Shown piece after piece: positions 27,658 through 38,480 of a DNA stretch of 64,000 nt; position 1 is the stretch's first letter; each line of letters opens with the position of its first letter. The notes below the pieces were generated by a model, which saw only the letters and a program-made list of their open reading frames with translations, did no database searches and was not told the origin of the DNA. The translations under genes were made by a program, and so were the position numbers. The stretch covers positions 310,501-374,500 of the forward strand of contig OY764080.1 of NCBI GenBank assembly GCA_963667925.1. Direction: 5' to 3'. Origin of the DNA: Chloroflexota bacterium. GTDB lineage: Bacteria > Chloroflexota > UBA11872.

Positions 27658-27724
27658 GGCAGACCCCTCACCGATTTCGGCCGAAGACGCCCGAATCTGC
27701 CTCTCCCCTCGGAGAGGGTGAAGA
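27658..27724 (-). repeat. Dispersed inverted copy of the 19.6-20.2 kb REP-like unit
   Basis: Reverse complement of 20097-20163. Confidence 0.9.
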
Positions 27725-27785
27725 GCCGCCACACCTTCGAGGACGAGGGACGTTCTGCAAAGGTCTCCCTCCGGAGTGAACGGTC

Positions 27786-28061
27786 GTGAGAGTGACCTAT
27801 GACCCCGAGGCGGACACAGTAGTGATCAGCTTGCGCGAGTCGGATATCGAGGAGAGCGACGAGGTGCGGCCGGGCGTGATTGCGGACTTTGATTCGGCCG
27901 GTGAAGTCGTGCGGTTTGAGGTCCTTGACGCATCGCGTGTCGTTCAGAATCCGCGCGAGATGCGGTTCGCAGTCGCCGAGCAGACGCTTAGCGCGCCGAG
28001 TCACTCCGCCGGCTGGCACGATGAGGTCGGTTGTCCGTACCCGCGTAAGGCGTCGTCATGA
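27786..28061 (+). CDS. DUF2283 domain protein
   Basis: 'MRVTYDPEAD', 'ESDEVRPGVIADFDSAGEVVRFEVLDAS'. Confidence 0.85.
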   Translation: MRVTYDPEADTVVISLRESDIEESDEVRPGVIADFDSAGEVVRFEVLDASRVVQNPREMRFAVAEQTLSAPSHSAGWHDEVGCPYPRKASS

Positions 28062-29212
28062 AAATCGCCGACATCCAGTTTCATGCCTTCAACCCGGGCT
28101 TTCGCAACGTGCAGACCGTGCGGATCGAGTCCGATAACGGCTACTACGGCTGGGGCGAGGCGGGTCTGAGCACCCGCGACCTGGCGGTGGGCGGCGCGGT
28201 GTCGCACTTTCGGGATTTCCTGATCGGCCAGGATCCGCGCCAGATCGGGCGCATCTGGCAGGAGGTCTATCGCAGCCAGTACTTCGAGGGCGGGCGCGTG
28301 CTGACGTCCGCGATGTCGGCCATCGACATCGCCCTGCACGACCTGGTGGCCAAGAGCCTCGGGGTGCCCGTCTACCAGCTGCTGGGCGGCAAGCAGCGCG
28401 ACTTCGTGCCCTGCTTTGTGACCACGCGCTCCAGCAACCTGGACGACCTGATCGCGGAAGTGAAGGGACTGGTGGCGGATGGCTGGGAGTGCATCCGCAC
28501 CTCCATGTACGGCCCCGGGATCAGCGACGGCAGCAACCTTTTCGAGCCGCGGGCGTCGGTTGCGGTGACCGCCGAGTGGCACACGGCCCTGCGCGAGGCG
28601 GTGGGGCCGGGCCCGGTGCTGGGTCCCGACTACCACCACCGGCTGAGCGTGGCCGAGGCGGCCTCCTACTGCCAGCGCATGCCGCCGGGGACGATCGATT
28701 TCCTGGAGGAGCCGATCCGCGACGAGAGCCCCAACGCCTACGCGACGCTGCGCTCCATGACCGACGTGCCCTTTGCCATCGGCGAGGAGTTCTCCAGCAA
28801 GTGGCAGTTCGCGCCCTACATCGAGCAGGGCCTGACCAATTTTGCGCGCGTGGACATCTGCAACGTCGGCGGGTTCACGGAGGCCATGAAGGTGGCGGGC
28901 TGGTGCGAGGTCCACTACATCGATCTGATGCCGCACAACCCGCTGGGCCCGGTCTGCACCGCGGCCAGCGTGCACATGGGCGCGGCCGTGCCCAACTGGG
29001 CCTGGCTGGAAGACCGCGGCCCGGACCTGGGACGCCTCTACTCCAACGAACTCTTCCCGGTGCAGCACAAGCTGGACGGCGTCTGGTATCCCGTGCCCGA
29101 CAGCCCCGGCCTGGGCGTGGAGATCGACCTGGACGTCGTCAAGGAACTCCCCGTCAGCCACTGGGAGTCCCCGCACCTCACGCGGCCCGACGGGTCGGTG
29201 ACGAACTGGTAG
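28058..29212 (+). CDS. Mandelate racemase/muconate lactonizing (enolase superfamily) enzyme, close paralog of 26423-27574
   Basis: Same motifs, with long identical peptide stretches shared with the upstream paralog. Confidence 0.9.
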   Translation: MKIADIQFHAFNPGFRNVQTVRIESDNGYYGWGEAGLSTRDLAVGGAVSHFRDFLIGQDPRQIGRIWQEVYRSQYFEGGRVLTSAMSAIDIALHDLVAKSLGVPVYQLLGGKQRDFVPCFVTTRSSNLDDLIAEVKGLVADGWECIRTSMYGPGISDGSNLFEPRASVAVTAEWHTALREAVGPGPVLGPDYHHRLSVAEAASYCQRMPPGTIDFLEEPIRDESPNAYATLRSMTDVPFAIGEEFSSKWQFAPYIEQGLTNFARVDICNVGGFTEAMKVAGWCEVHYIDLMPHNPLGPVCTAASVHMGAAVPNWAWLEDRGPDLGRLYSNELFPVQHKLDGVWYPVPDSPGLGVEIDLDVVKELPVSHWESPHLTRPDGSVTNW

Positions 29213-29257
29213 TGGGGGACTGACGATGGTGTCCTGGGCGTCAGCGGCGCTCGCGCG

Positions 29258-31003
29258 ATGACGCGCAGGATCCCGGCCGGGGCTCGCCTGCTGGCGGGCT
29301 ACATGGTGAAGCGCTGGCGGATGTACGCGCTGCTGTGGGCGGTGTCCGCGGCCGGCGTCGCGGTGCAGACGACGCTGCCGTTTCTGGTCCGTGCGTTGCT
29401 GGACGATGCGCTGCCGGCCAGGGAAATCGGGCTGGTCGTGGTTCTGGTACTGGCCATTGGCGGGGCCCACGGTTTCCATCGTCTGACCGTCATCGCCAAC
29501 CGCATTGGCCGCGAGCGCGGACTGGTGCGTACGAATCAGGACCTGCGCACGGACATCTTCGCCCGAATGCTTCGCCGCGACGGGCGCTTCTTCGACCGGC
29601 AGACCAGCGGAGAACTGACCGACCGGCTCATCCGGGATACGCAGCAGGCGAGTCATTGGGCTCAGCACCTGGTCATGAAGGGGTTCCTCGGGACGATCGA
29701 GCTCGCCGGTCCCCTGATCGCCGCATTCATTCTGAACTGGCGGATGGCAGCGGCGATGCTGGCACTGGCGCCGGTCCTGCTGCTGATCCGGCGCTTCATC
29801 ACGCCCCGCGAGCAGGCCGCGCTGCAGCAAGAGCGGCAGCTCTCGGGGGACGTTCGCTCGTTCGCGCAGGAAGCCATCGCCGGGCGGCGCTTCATCCGGG
29901 CTTCCCACACCCATGCCAATGCCCAGGCTCGCCTGCGCGAACTCAATCAGCGGCTCCTGAGCGAGGGCTCGTACCGCGTCACCACGCTGGCCAGCTACCA
30001 GCACAACATGTGGATGACGGCTCGCGGCCTGGGCCTGCTGCTCGTGTTTGCCGTGGGCATCGCCGAAACCGCCAGCGGCCGCACCACGCCGGGCACGCTG
30101 GCTGCCTTTGTGCTAACGGCCATGCTGTTTTACTCCGCGCTGGGCTTCATGCTGGACTTCTACACGATGCTGCACCGGCTGCTGGCGCCCTGGCGACGGA
30201 TCGCGCCGCTGCTGGACAACCCGCCGGATGCGCCGGCGGGTCGCCAGCCGGTCCGCTCAGGCGCTCCGAGCGTGACCTTCAGCAACGTCTCCTTCGCCTA
30301 CACCGACGACCGCGAGGCGCCGCTGCGTGAGGTGAGCTTCGAGGTCGCGCCCGGTGAGTTCCTGGCCGTGGTCGGACCCACGGGATCCGGCAAGACCACG
30401 GTGGCCGATCTGCTGATGCGCTACTACGCGCCGCGGTCAGGTGTTGTGGCCGTGAACGGCGTGGACGTGTCGGACTTGCCCGCGCACGAACTTCGACGCG
30501 TGGTCGGTATCGTCCCGCAGGACACCGCGCTGCTGAACGAGAGCATCCGCGAGAACCTGCAGATCGCAGCGCCGGAAGCGGACGAGGTTGAGCTGATTGA
30601 GGCGATGCGCGCCGCCGAGCTTCACGACTTCGCGGCCTCGATGCCGGACGGCTACGACACGGTGATCGGCGACCGCGGGGTCCGGCTCAGCGGCGGGCAG
30701 CGCCAGCGCCTGGCCATCGCGCGGGTGCTGCTGCAAGACCCGCCGCTGCTGATTCTGGATGAGGCGACGTCCTCGCTGGACAGCCTGACCGAACGGCGCA
30801 TTCAGACGGCGCTGGACCGCGCCCGCGAAGGGCGCACGGTGATCGCCATCGCGCATCGGCTGGCGACGGTCATCAACGCCGACCGGGTGCTGGTGTTGGA
30901 CGGCGGCCGCATCGTGGATCAAGGGACCGTGGCCGAACTCCGACGGCGGGACGGGCTCTTTCGCGCGATGTACGACACGCAGTTCGCGCCGGCGGAGGCC
31001 TAG
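29258..31003 (+). CDS. ABC exporter, fused TMD + ATP-binding domain
   Basis: Walker A 'GPTGSGKT', signature 'LSGGQRQR', 'LILDEATSSLD'. Confidence 0.92.
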   Translation: MTRRIPAGARLLAGYMVKRWRMYALLWAVSAAGVAVQTTLPFLVRALLDDALPAREIGLVVVLVLAIGGAHGFHRLTVIANRIGRERGLVRTNQDLRTDIFARMLRRDGRFFDRQTSGELTDRLIRDTQQASHWAQHLVMKGFLGTIELAGPLIAAFILNWRMAAAMLALAPVLLLIRRFITPREQAALQQERQLSGDVRSFAQEAIAGRRFIRASHTHANAQARLRELNQRLLSEGSYRVTTLASYQHNMWMTARGLGLLLVFAVGIAETASGRTTPGTLAAFVLTAMLFYSALGFMLDFYTMLHRLLAPWRRIAPLLDNPPDAPAGRQPVRSGAPSVTFSNVSFAYTDDREAPLREVSFEVAPGEFLAVVGPTGSGKTTVADLLMRYYAPRSGVVAVNGVDVSDLPAHELRRVVGIVPQDTALLNESIRENLQIAAPEADEVELIEAMRAAELHDFAASMPDGYDTVIGDRGVRLSGGQRQRLAIARVLLQDPPLLILDEATSSLDSLTERRIQTALDRAREGRTVIAIAHRLATVINADRVLVLDGGRIVDQGTVAELRRRDGLFRAMYDTQFAPAEA

Positions 31004-31004
31004 C

Positions 31005-32779
31005 GTGCCTGGCAGGCAACCCAACGATTCCGCCACCGACGGCGGTTGGCGCGAACTACGGCAGGCAATGTCCGCCGCACCACCCGCGCGCACGACGGTT
31101 GCAGTCACCGCGCTCCTTGCCGCGCTTTCCATCGCGTTTGCCGTAGCCGGCGCGTTGGCATTGCGCGAGTTGGTGAATGAGGGCGTGTACGCGGGTTTTC
31201 CGGACGCGCTCGGGGCGCTCGTCCTGACCGCGGCCGGTCCCACGCTGGCCGTAGGCACCGGCTGGCTGCTGACGGCACGTGCGGAACGCCTGGGCTTTCG
31301 AGCCAGCGCGCGGCTGACGGAGCGTGTCTTCGCCCATGTCCAGCGCGTACGTATGGACGTGCTGGACGGGATGCGCTCTGGAGAACTGACCCGCGGGTGA
31401 TCGACGATCCAACGGAGCTTGCCTGGCAGGCTCGCTGGGGCGCTGGGGCCGGCATATTCTCCCTGGCCTTTGGGCTGGCCACGGTCATTACCGCGGCCAT
31501 CATCAACTGGCGCCTGCTGGGACTCGTCGTGATCGTCACGCCGCTCTTTTTCGTGCTAACCCGGCGGTTCGGTTACGGCCTGCGTCGTCTGGCTGCCTAC
31601 GACCGGCTGGTATCGCAATCCGATCTGGCAGCCTTCGCCCAGGAGCGGCTGGGTGCGGCCCGCCTGGTGCAGGCGAGCCGGGCCGAGGACCGAGAGACCG
31701 AGCGCTTTGGGGCCTTGGCCGAACGCCTGAGCCGCGATCACATTCGCGAGTTCCTGGCCGGCCGCACATCCGGCGATGTCGGTATCGCCCTTAGCTGGCT
31801 GACCGCGCCGATCCTGGTGTTCGGCTTCGGCAGCATCGAGTACCTCAACGGACGGCTTACGACCGGCGACATCGCGGCGCTCACCAGCCTGCTGCTGGCC
31901 CTCGTCAAGGTCACGATGACGGCCAGTGTCTACTGGTTCGAGTTGGCACCTATCTTCGCGGCGGCGCGCCGGTTGAACGAGACTTTGAGCTTGCCAACCG
32001 AGGACGACTCGGAGTGGGCACCTCATGACCTGGCGCGCCCGCCCACGCTGGAGTTCGACGGCGTCGCGTTCCGCCACCGCTCAACTGATGTGCAGCCGCT
32101 TACTGACTTCAGCTTGCGAGCGGAGGCCGGCCAGATCACCGCGCTGGTTGGCGAAAGCGGCTCGGGCAAGTCGACCGCGGCGGAGCTGGTCGCGCGGTTC
32201 TTTGATGTCGACACAGGCCGGATCAGCCTCGACGGCCATTCGATTCAGTCGCTGCGCCGCTGTCAGGTCCGGCGGTCAATGGCGCTGGTTGCGCAGGATC
32301 CGTTCTTCTTCAGCGCGACCATTCGGGAAAACCTGACGTTCGGGCTTACGGATGTGGACGACGGTGACCTCGAGCGCGTGTGCCGGATCGCGCGGATTCA
32401 CGACTTCATCCTGACGCTGCCCGAGGGCTACGACACAGAGATTGGCGAGCGGGCCTCGCACCTCTCCGGCGGCGAACGCCAGCGCCTGGCGATCGCTCGC
32501 GCCCTGCTCGGCAACCCGGATGTTCTGGTCCTGGACGAGGCAACCTCGGCCCTGGACTCGGTGACCGAGCGCGAGGTCTACGACGGCGTGCTAGCGGATT
32601 CGGACCGTCGAACGCTGCTGGTCATCGCCCACCGCCTCTCCACGGTCCGCAACGCGGACCGAATCTTCGTGCTCGACGACGGTCGCGTCGCCGAAACCGG
32701 AACGCATGACCAACTCATGGCGGCCGATGGCTCCTATCAGCGCCTCTATGCCGCCCAGGCATCGTCAGGGCAGGCCTAG
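31005..32779 (+). pseudogene. Second ABC exporter half, split by a single-base frameshift near 31390
   Basis: ORF 31005-31400 ends 'SGELTRG*' and ORF 31397-32779 begins 'VIDD'; adding one base restores SGELT-x-RVIDD, matching SGELTDRLIRD in the paralog; Walker A 'GESGSGKS'. Confidence 0.75.
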
Positions 32780-32802
32780 CGCCGTCTCAACTGCTCGTGC
32801 TT

Positions 32803-33840
32803 TTAGGCGGGGCGCGGCGCTGGCGTGGCCATGAGGTGGGGGCCGTTGGTGGCGGAGGACTGGCGGGCGAGGTCGTAGACGCCGTCCTGGAGTTCCAGGA
32901 TGCGCACGGCCTGGCGGAGCGGGATGGGCGGCGGGTCGCCGTTTTCCAGGGCCTGGATGGAGCGGCCCATGATGCTGGCCATCATGTCGGCCCGCGGCGT
33001 TTCGTCGTAGACCCGCACGCCCCGGCTGGTGTGGACCTGCACCTGGCCCACCAGGTCGGCGGTGTACTGACCGAGGATGATCGCGTTGGCGCCGACGGCG
33101 CGGATGACGTACTCGCCGGAGTGGTCGCCCAGCGGATAGGCGTAGCTGCATTCCACCAGTCCGGTGCCGCCGTCGGCGGCGCGAAACAGGCCGGCGGCGT
33201 AGTCCTCAAACGGACGCTGGAACATGGCGTTGGAGATGACCCCGGCCACGGCCCGCACCGGCTGACCGCCCATGGCGTCCAGCATGATGTCAATGCCGTG
33301 CTGGCACTCCACGGCCCAGCAGCCGCCGCCCGAGATTGACGGATCGTTGTGCCAGGCGGAGGGCATGTTGTCGTAGCGAGCGGGCGTTGAGGTGCTGAGG
33401 CGGCTGTGGAAGTGCGCCAAGTCGCCGAGCGTGCCGTCGGCGATCGACTGGCCGATCACGTCGAACACCTTGAGCTCTCGCGTTGGCAGCGTGAGCGCTC
33501 CCCACACACCCGCGGCTTCGGCGGCCTCAACGGCCGGGCGCAGGCGGTCGGCGCAATCGGCCCAGGGCTTGTCGAAAAGACAGGGCACGCCGGCGTCCAC
33601 GCAGGCTTGCAAGTAGCTGGGAGCCAGGGTGTGGCGGCCGGAGACCAGGGCGATGTCGGGTTTCGCGGTTTCGAGGCACTCGGCGGCGGTGTCGAAGACG
33701 GGGCAGCCGAAGGTCTCCGCCATGGTCGAGCGCTCGGACTCCAGCGGGTCGAACGCGCCGACCAGCTCGTGCCCAAGCTGGATCGCCGTGCGGCCCATCC
33801 CAAACCCGTGATGACTGTAGGAGAGGACTACGGCGCGCAT
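32803..33840 (-). CDS. Gfo/Idh/MocA family oxidoreductase
   Basis: 'CLFDKP', 'WHNDPSISGGGCW', family size and layout. Confidence 0.8.
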   Translation of the reverse strand: MRAVVLSYSHHGFGMGRTAIQLGHELVGAFDPLESERSTMAETFGCPVFDTAAECLETAKPDIALVSGRHTLAPSYLQACVDAGVPCLFDKPWADCADRLRPAVEAAEAAGVWGALTLPTRELKVFDVIGQSIADGTLGDLAHFHSRLSTSTPARYDNMPSAWHNDPSISGGGCWAVECQHGIDIMLDAMGGQPVRAVAGVISNAMFQRPFEDYAAGLFRAADGGTGLVECSYAYPLGDHSGEYVIRAVGANAIILGQYTADLVGQVQVHTSRGVRVYDETPRADMMASIMGRSIQALENGDPPPIPLRQAVRILELQDGVYDLARQSSATNGPHLMATPAPRPA

Positions 33841-33979
33841 GCGGGGGCTCCGGTTCTTGGGTTGGCGTGTGAGTGTACGGGGCGGCGCGAGGGCATTCAG
33901 GGATCCGGCTGGAGTGGTTGGCGGGGGGCAAGATTTTCTACGGGCAGCCCCTCCGAGACTTCAGGAGCGTTTACCGCCG

Positions 33980-34963
33980 TTATTCCGGCTGCGGGAAGTG
34001 CTTTGTCAGAAAGCGCTCGATCTGATCGAGTCGGCAGTCGAGCGCATCACCGGCCAGGTACGCGCCGTCTTCGTACTTACCAAGCGCGTTGACAGCATCG
34101 TTTTCGTCTATGCGTTGAAACCACTCGGCGAACCGCCCCGGACCGACCCAAATGCCCAACTCTCCGCCGCTTGCACCATCCCGTGGCGCCGCGTACATCA
34201 GGAACCGGGTGCGGTTTGCCGGCGGCGCGATCCTCACAGACGCCCTTTGCGGCTGCACCGGCAGGCCCGCCTTTTCCGACATGTTGACAAAGCGATCGAA
34301 CTGCTCGCGCACGCCGGCTTCGGTAGCCATGTCACGGATTGCATCAACGGTCAACCTGCGTCTTGGAGCAGCTGGCTTGGTCGGTTCGTCAACCACCTCA
34401 CGAACCAGCAATCTCGGGCCGGCCTCCAACTCGAACACTTCAAAGCTGACGACGCCGATCGGGACACCGAAACGCGCGAGGAACTCGTTCATGCGTTCCA
34501 GTCCGGGGTGGATTCCAGCGCCGACGAGCAGTACGGCGATCTCCCGCTCCTCCGCCTCACCGGCGAGTTGCTGCTTCACTCTCCCCGACAACGATTCCGC
34601 ATCACCGAAGTCGCCGAGTCGAGCTTTGAGCTTCTCGTAGAGTTCATCCGCTCCGAGTCGTGCAAGCGACGCGGCGTAGTAGAGCGCCTGTCCCAGCGCG
34701 CCTGAGTCGAGCCTGCCGGGCTTGATCTCGATCACGACCCAGCGATCCTGCGAGTCGATAGCCAACAGATCGAGCCGTCCTTCATCAATCGTCACCTGGC
34801 GGCCGACCAGGGTGTACCCCTCCCCGATCAGCTTCACATCGTTCGCGATCCAATCCTCGAGATGTTTCTCGAGTTCGATGTGGGAAGGCTCAAGTCTCTG
34901 CGGCGGCGGTGCGCCTTCCTCGCCGAATTGCGCGTCGAAGCTCCAGGCCGCCAGTTTCGCCAT
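33980..34963 (-). CDS. NucS/DUF91-like PD-(D/E)xK endonuclease domain protein
   Basis: 'EKHLEDWI', 'LVGRQ', 'GRLDLLAID', 'VVIEIK', 'ALGQALYYA'. Confidence 0.8.
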   Translation of the reverse strand: MAKLAAWSFDAQFGEEGAPPPQRLEPSHIELEKHLEDWIANDVKLIGEGYTLVGRQVTIDEGRLDLLAIDSQDRWVVIEIKPGRLDSGALGQALYYAASLARLGADELYEKLKARLGDFGDAESLSGRVKQQLAGEAEEREIAVLLVGAGIHPGLERMNEFLARFGVPIGVVSFEVFELEAGPRLLVREVVDEPTKPAAPRRRLTVDAIRDMATEAGVREQFDRFVNMSEKAGLPVQPQRASVRIAPPANRTRFLMYAAPRDGASGGELGIWVGPGRFAEWFQRIDENDAVNALGKYEDGAYLAGDALDCRLDQIERFLTKHFPQPE

Positions 34964-35065
34964 TGTTCGCTCCCGGGCTGTCAGTTTCCTACGGGTCTGA
35001 TCGACGTTGTGAATCAGTACCACAGACCGCCGGAGTGGGACTGGACCTAAGGCCGTACTCCGGGG

Positions 35066-36343
35066 TCAGGCCGACTCTTCGGCTTGTTGGGTTTGGGTTT
35101 CAGCGTGGCCGGGCTGGGTGACCAGGATGGGGGCGCTGTTGGAGTCGACAGTTTCGCGCGTGACGACCACCTTCTTGACGCCCTTCTTGGATGGCAGCGT
35201 GTACATGGTGTCCATCAGGAGGTCTTCCAGCGTGGTTCGCAGGCCGCGGGCGCCGGTGTTGGTTTCCTGGGAGCGGCGGGCGATGGCCTCCAGGCCGTCG
35301 TCGGTGATCTCAAGTTCCACGCCGTCCATTTCGAACAGTTTCTGGAACTGACGCAGCAGCGCGTTTTTGGGTTCGCAGATGATGCGGACGAGCGCCTCGA
35401 CGTCCAGTTCATCCAGGGCGGCGACCACCGGCAGGCGGCCGACGAACTCGGGAATCAGGCCGTATTTGAGCAGGTCATCGGCGGCGACCTCGTGCATGAC
35501 GCTTTCGGCCTTCTCGCCTTGGGCGCGCTTGCCGAACCCGACGCCGGCCGCGTGGCCGATACGCCGGGAGATGATGCGGTCCAGGCCCTCGAACGCGCCC
35601 CCGCACACAAACAGGATGTCGCGCGTGTCCATCTGGATGTATTCCTGGTGCGGGTGTTTACGCCCGCCCTGCGGCGGCACGTTGACCTGGGCGCCCTCGA
35701 TGATTTTGAGCAGGGCCTGTTGCACGCCTTCGCCTGAGACGTCGCGCGTGATCGAGGGGTTGTCGGCTTTGCGGGAGACCTTGTCGATCTCGTCGATGAA
35801 GATGATGCCGGTCTGGGCTCGCGGGACGTTGAAGTCGGCGGCCTGCAAAAGGCGCAGGAGTATGTTCTCCACGTCCTCGCCCACGTAGCCGGCTTCCGTA
35901 AGGGCGGTGGCGTCGGCGATGCAGAACGGCACGTTGAGGATGCGGGCCAGGGTGCGGGCGATTTCGCTTTTGCCAACGCCGGTGGGGCCCAGCAGCAGGA
36001 TGTTGCTCTTGTGCAACTCAAACTCGTCGTCCGAGGCGCCGGCCGCCACGCGCTTGTAGTGGTTGTAGACGGCGACGGAAACGACCTTCTTCGCCAGATC
36101 CTGCCCGATGACGTAGTCGCTCAGCAGCTCGAACAGGCGTTCCGGCGTGGGGATTCGTCCGGCCATTGCTTGCGGACTCGGGGCCCGTGTCTGCTCTTCG
36201 TCAATGATGTCCCGGCACAGGTTGACGCACTCGTTGCAGATGTAGACGCCGGCCGAGCCTGAGATCAGGCGGCGGACCTGGTCTTGCGTCTTGCCGCAGA
36301 AGGAGCAGCGGTAGCTCGCGCGGTTCGAGCGACTACGCGCCAT
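35066..36343 (-). CDS. clpX: ATP-dependent Clp protease ATP-binding subunit ClpX
   Basis: Zn finger 'CSFCGK...CNEC', Walker A 'GPTGVGKS', 'GYVGEDVE', 'GARGLR'. Confidence 0.98.
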   Translation of the reverse strand: MARSRSNRASYRCSFCGKTQDQVRRLISGSAGVYICNECVNLCRDIIDEEQTRAPSPQAMAGRIPTPERLFELLSDYVIGQDLAKKVVSVAVYNHYKRVAAGASDDEFELHKSNILLLGPTGVGKSEIARTLARILNVPFCIADATALTEAGYVGEDVENILLRLLQAADFNVPRAQTGIIFIDEIDKVSRKADNPSITRDVSGEGVQQALLKIIEGAQVNVPPQGGRKHPHQEYIQMDTRDILFVCGGAFEGLDRIISRRIGHAAGVGFGKRAQGEKAESVMHEVAADDLLKYGLIPEFVGRLPVVAALDELDVEALVRIICEPKNALLRQFQKLFEMDGVELEITDDGLEAIARRSQETNTGARGLRTTLEDLLMDTMYTLPSKKGVKKVVVTRETVDSNSAPILVTQPGHAETQTQQAEESA

Positions 36344-36397
36344 GCCGGCTCCAGGTGACGAGGGTGCGGGCAGGGTACCGAGGTCGGCGCATCTCGC

Positions 36398-37024
36398 CTA
36401 ATCCGTGTCGCTGTCTTCCTGGCCCACGTTTGCCGAACGCGGTGTGACGATCTGGTCGATCAGCCCATAGTCCTTGGCCTCTTCGGCCGTGAGATAGAAG
36501 TCGCGATCGGAGTCGGCATTGATGCGTTCTTTCGGCTGACCGGTGGCGGCCACGAAAATCTGCTCGATCCGATCACGAACCTTGCCGATCTCACGGGCCC
36601 GAATCTGCAAGTCGGCGGCCTGCACGAAACCCTCGAAGCCCTGCGACGGCTGGTGCAGCAGCACGGTGCTGTGCGGCAGCGCCGCCCGCTTGCCGGCCGC
36701 GCCGCCGGCCAGGATCACGCTGCCCATGCTGGCGGCCAGACCTACGCAGGTCGTGGCCACGGCGTTCGGGACGTACTGCATCGTGTCGAAGATGGCGAGG
36801 CCGGCGCTGACGCTGCCGCCCGGCGAGTTGATGTACATGTAAATGTCGGCTTCCGCGTCCTCGCTCGTCAGCAGCAACAACTGTGCGATAACCGTATTGG
36901 CCACGGCGTCATCGATGGGCGTACCCAGGAAGATGATCCGGTCGCGCAGCAGGCGCGAGTAGATGTCCATCCCGCGTTCGCCGCGGTCGGTTTGCTCGAT
37001 TACGTAAGGAACAAGAATGCCCAT
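36398..37024 (-). CDS. clpP: ATP-dependent Clp protease proteolytic subunit ClpP
   Basis: 'DIYSRLLRDRIIFLG', 'YINSPGG', 'AASMGS', 'HQP', 'DRD'. Confidence 0.98.
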   Translation of the reverse strand: MGILVPYVIEQTDRGERGMDIYSRLLRDRIIFLGTPIDDAVANTVIAQLLLLTSEDAEADIYMYINSPGGSVSAGLAIFDTMQYVPNAVATTCVGLAASMGSVILAGGAAGKRAALPHSTVLLHQPSQGFEGFVQAADLQIRAREIGKVRDRIEQIFVAATGQPKERINADSDRDFYLTAEEAKDYGLIDQIVTPRSANVGQEDSDTD

Positions 37025-37051
37025 GCAGAAGTCCTTTCCCTGCCGTCGGCG

Positions 37052-38437
37052 CTAGGCCTGCTCGGCGTCGGGGTCATCCTCCGGCTCGGCGGCGGCTGCC
37101 AACTCGGGCGGGGGCTCGGGGTGGTGATGGTCGTGGTCGTGCAGCGGGGCCGCGCCGTCGGTGACCGCGTCCACGAGCGCCTGTAGGGCCTTCCGAGAGC
37201 GAACGGTACTGGCCACCCGCTGGAGCGCTTCGTCGCGCATCAGGTTGGTACGGATGATGTTCCGGCGTTCCTGCGGGTAGTGCTCGGCCACCCGGTCAAC
37301 CTCGGCCTGCATTTCCTCAACCTCAGCCGTGATGTCCTGCGCATCCGCATAGGCGTCCAGGGCCAGGCCTCGGTGAATCCGGTTAATTGCCTCGCTCCGC
37401 GCTTCCTGATCCCAGTCTTCCCGCGATTGCTCGCGCATGGCGAGATAGGTGTCGACAGGAATGCCCTGACCGACCAGCGCATCCGTGCGCTCGCGCAGAA
37501 CCTGCGCGCTTTCGCGTTCAATCAGCACGTCGGCGATCTCAAACGTGGCGCGATCCACCAGGTTTTGCACTGCCTGCTCTTCCAGCTCGTGCTGGGCTTC
37601 GTGCGCCTTGCGTTCCCGCAACGCGCTGGAAATGCGCTCGCGCATACCCTCAAGGTTCTCGAAGGGTCCCACGCTGCGGGCGAATTCGTCGTCCAGATCC
37701 GGTAACTGGCGTTCGCTCACGCCGTCCACCTGAATCTGGAACGTCACGTCCTTCCCGCGCAGCGCCTCGTTGGGATCGTTTGGCGGAATCTGGGCGTCGT
37801 AGGACACGTGGTCGCCGGCGGAGGCGCCGGTTACGGTGCCGTCAAAGCCCGCGGGAAAGCCGTTGTTGCCAACCAGCACGTTGTAGGGCTGCGGGTCCTC
37901 GGGCTCAATCCCCTCGCCCTGGATCTGGATGCGGACCTGCACCATGTCCTCGGCCACGGCGGGACGCTCCACCGGCTCCCAGGCGGCCTGGGTCGTGCGC
38001 AGTTGCTCGATCTCGGCCTCGATCTCGTCCTCGGTCACCTCGTCGACCGACATTTCCAACGACACGTCGTCCAGGTCGCCCAACTCAACGGTCGGTGCAA
38101 CGGCGACCTCGGCCGAAAACAGGAAGGGCGCGTCCAGCGTGGGAAGGTCGGGCACGTCCAGTTCGGGCTGGTCGATCGGGTTCACGCCCGTCTCGTCCAG
38201 CGCGGACGTGTAGGCCTGAGGTACCACCGCTTCCAACAGGTCCTGCATCACCGTGCCAACGCCGGCGGCGTTCTCGACGAGGCGGCGCGGCGCCTTGCCG
38301 GGGCGGAAGCCGGGAATCTTGACCCGGCGTCCTACGCGTTGAATCGCCCGTCCGTATTCCTTCTGCAGATCCTCGGGCGGCACTTCGACCGCGAGCCGAA
38401 CGCGGCTGCCTTCAAGCTTCTCAGCGGTCGCGGGCAT
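37052..38437 (-). CDS. tig: Trigger factor
   Basis: 'IPGFRPGKAP' ribosome-binding motif; canonical tig-clpP-clpX order. Confidence 0.95.
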   Translation of the reverse strand: MPATAEKLEGSRVRLAVEVPPEDLQKEYGRAIQRVGRRVKIPGFRPGKAPRRLVENAAGVGTVMQDLLEAVVPQAYTSALDETGVNPIDQPELDVPDLPTLDAPFLFSAEVAVAPTVELGDLDDVSLEMSVDEVTEDEIEAEIEQLRTTQAAWEPVERPAVAEDMVQVRIQIQGEGIEPEDPQPYNVLVGNNGFPAGFDGTVTGASAGDHVSYDAQIPPNDPNEALRGKDVTFQIQVDGVSERQLPDLDDEFARSVGPFENLEGMRERISSALRERKAHEAQHELEEQAVQNLVDRATFEIADVLIERESAQVLRERTDALVGQGIPVDTYLAMREQSREDWDQEARSEAINRIHRGLALDAYADAQDITAEVEEMQAEVDRVAEHYPQERRNIIRTNLMRDEALQRVASTVRSRKALQALVDAVTDGAAPLHDHDHHHPEPPPELAAAAEPEDDPDAEQA

Positions 38438-38480
38438 ACCAATCCCCTGGGCGGAATCCACCGGCCGATCGCGAGGCGGG

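Noticed and set aside
31385-31400. Programmed ribosomal frameshift in the ABC exporter
   Set aside because: No slippery X XXY YYZ sequence or stimulatory structure; ABC exporters are not known to use this.
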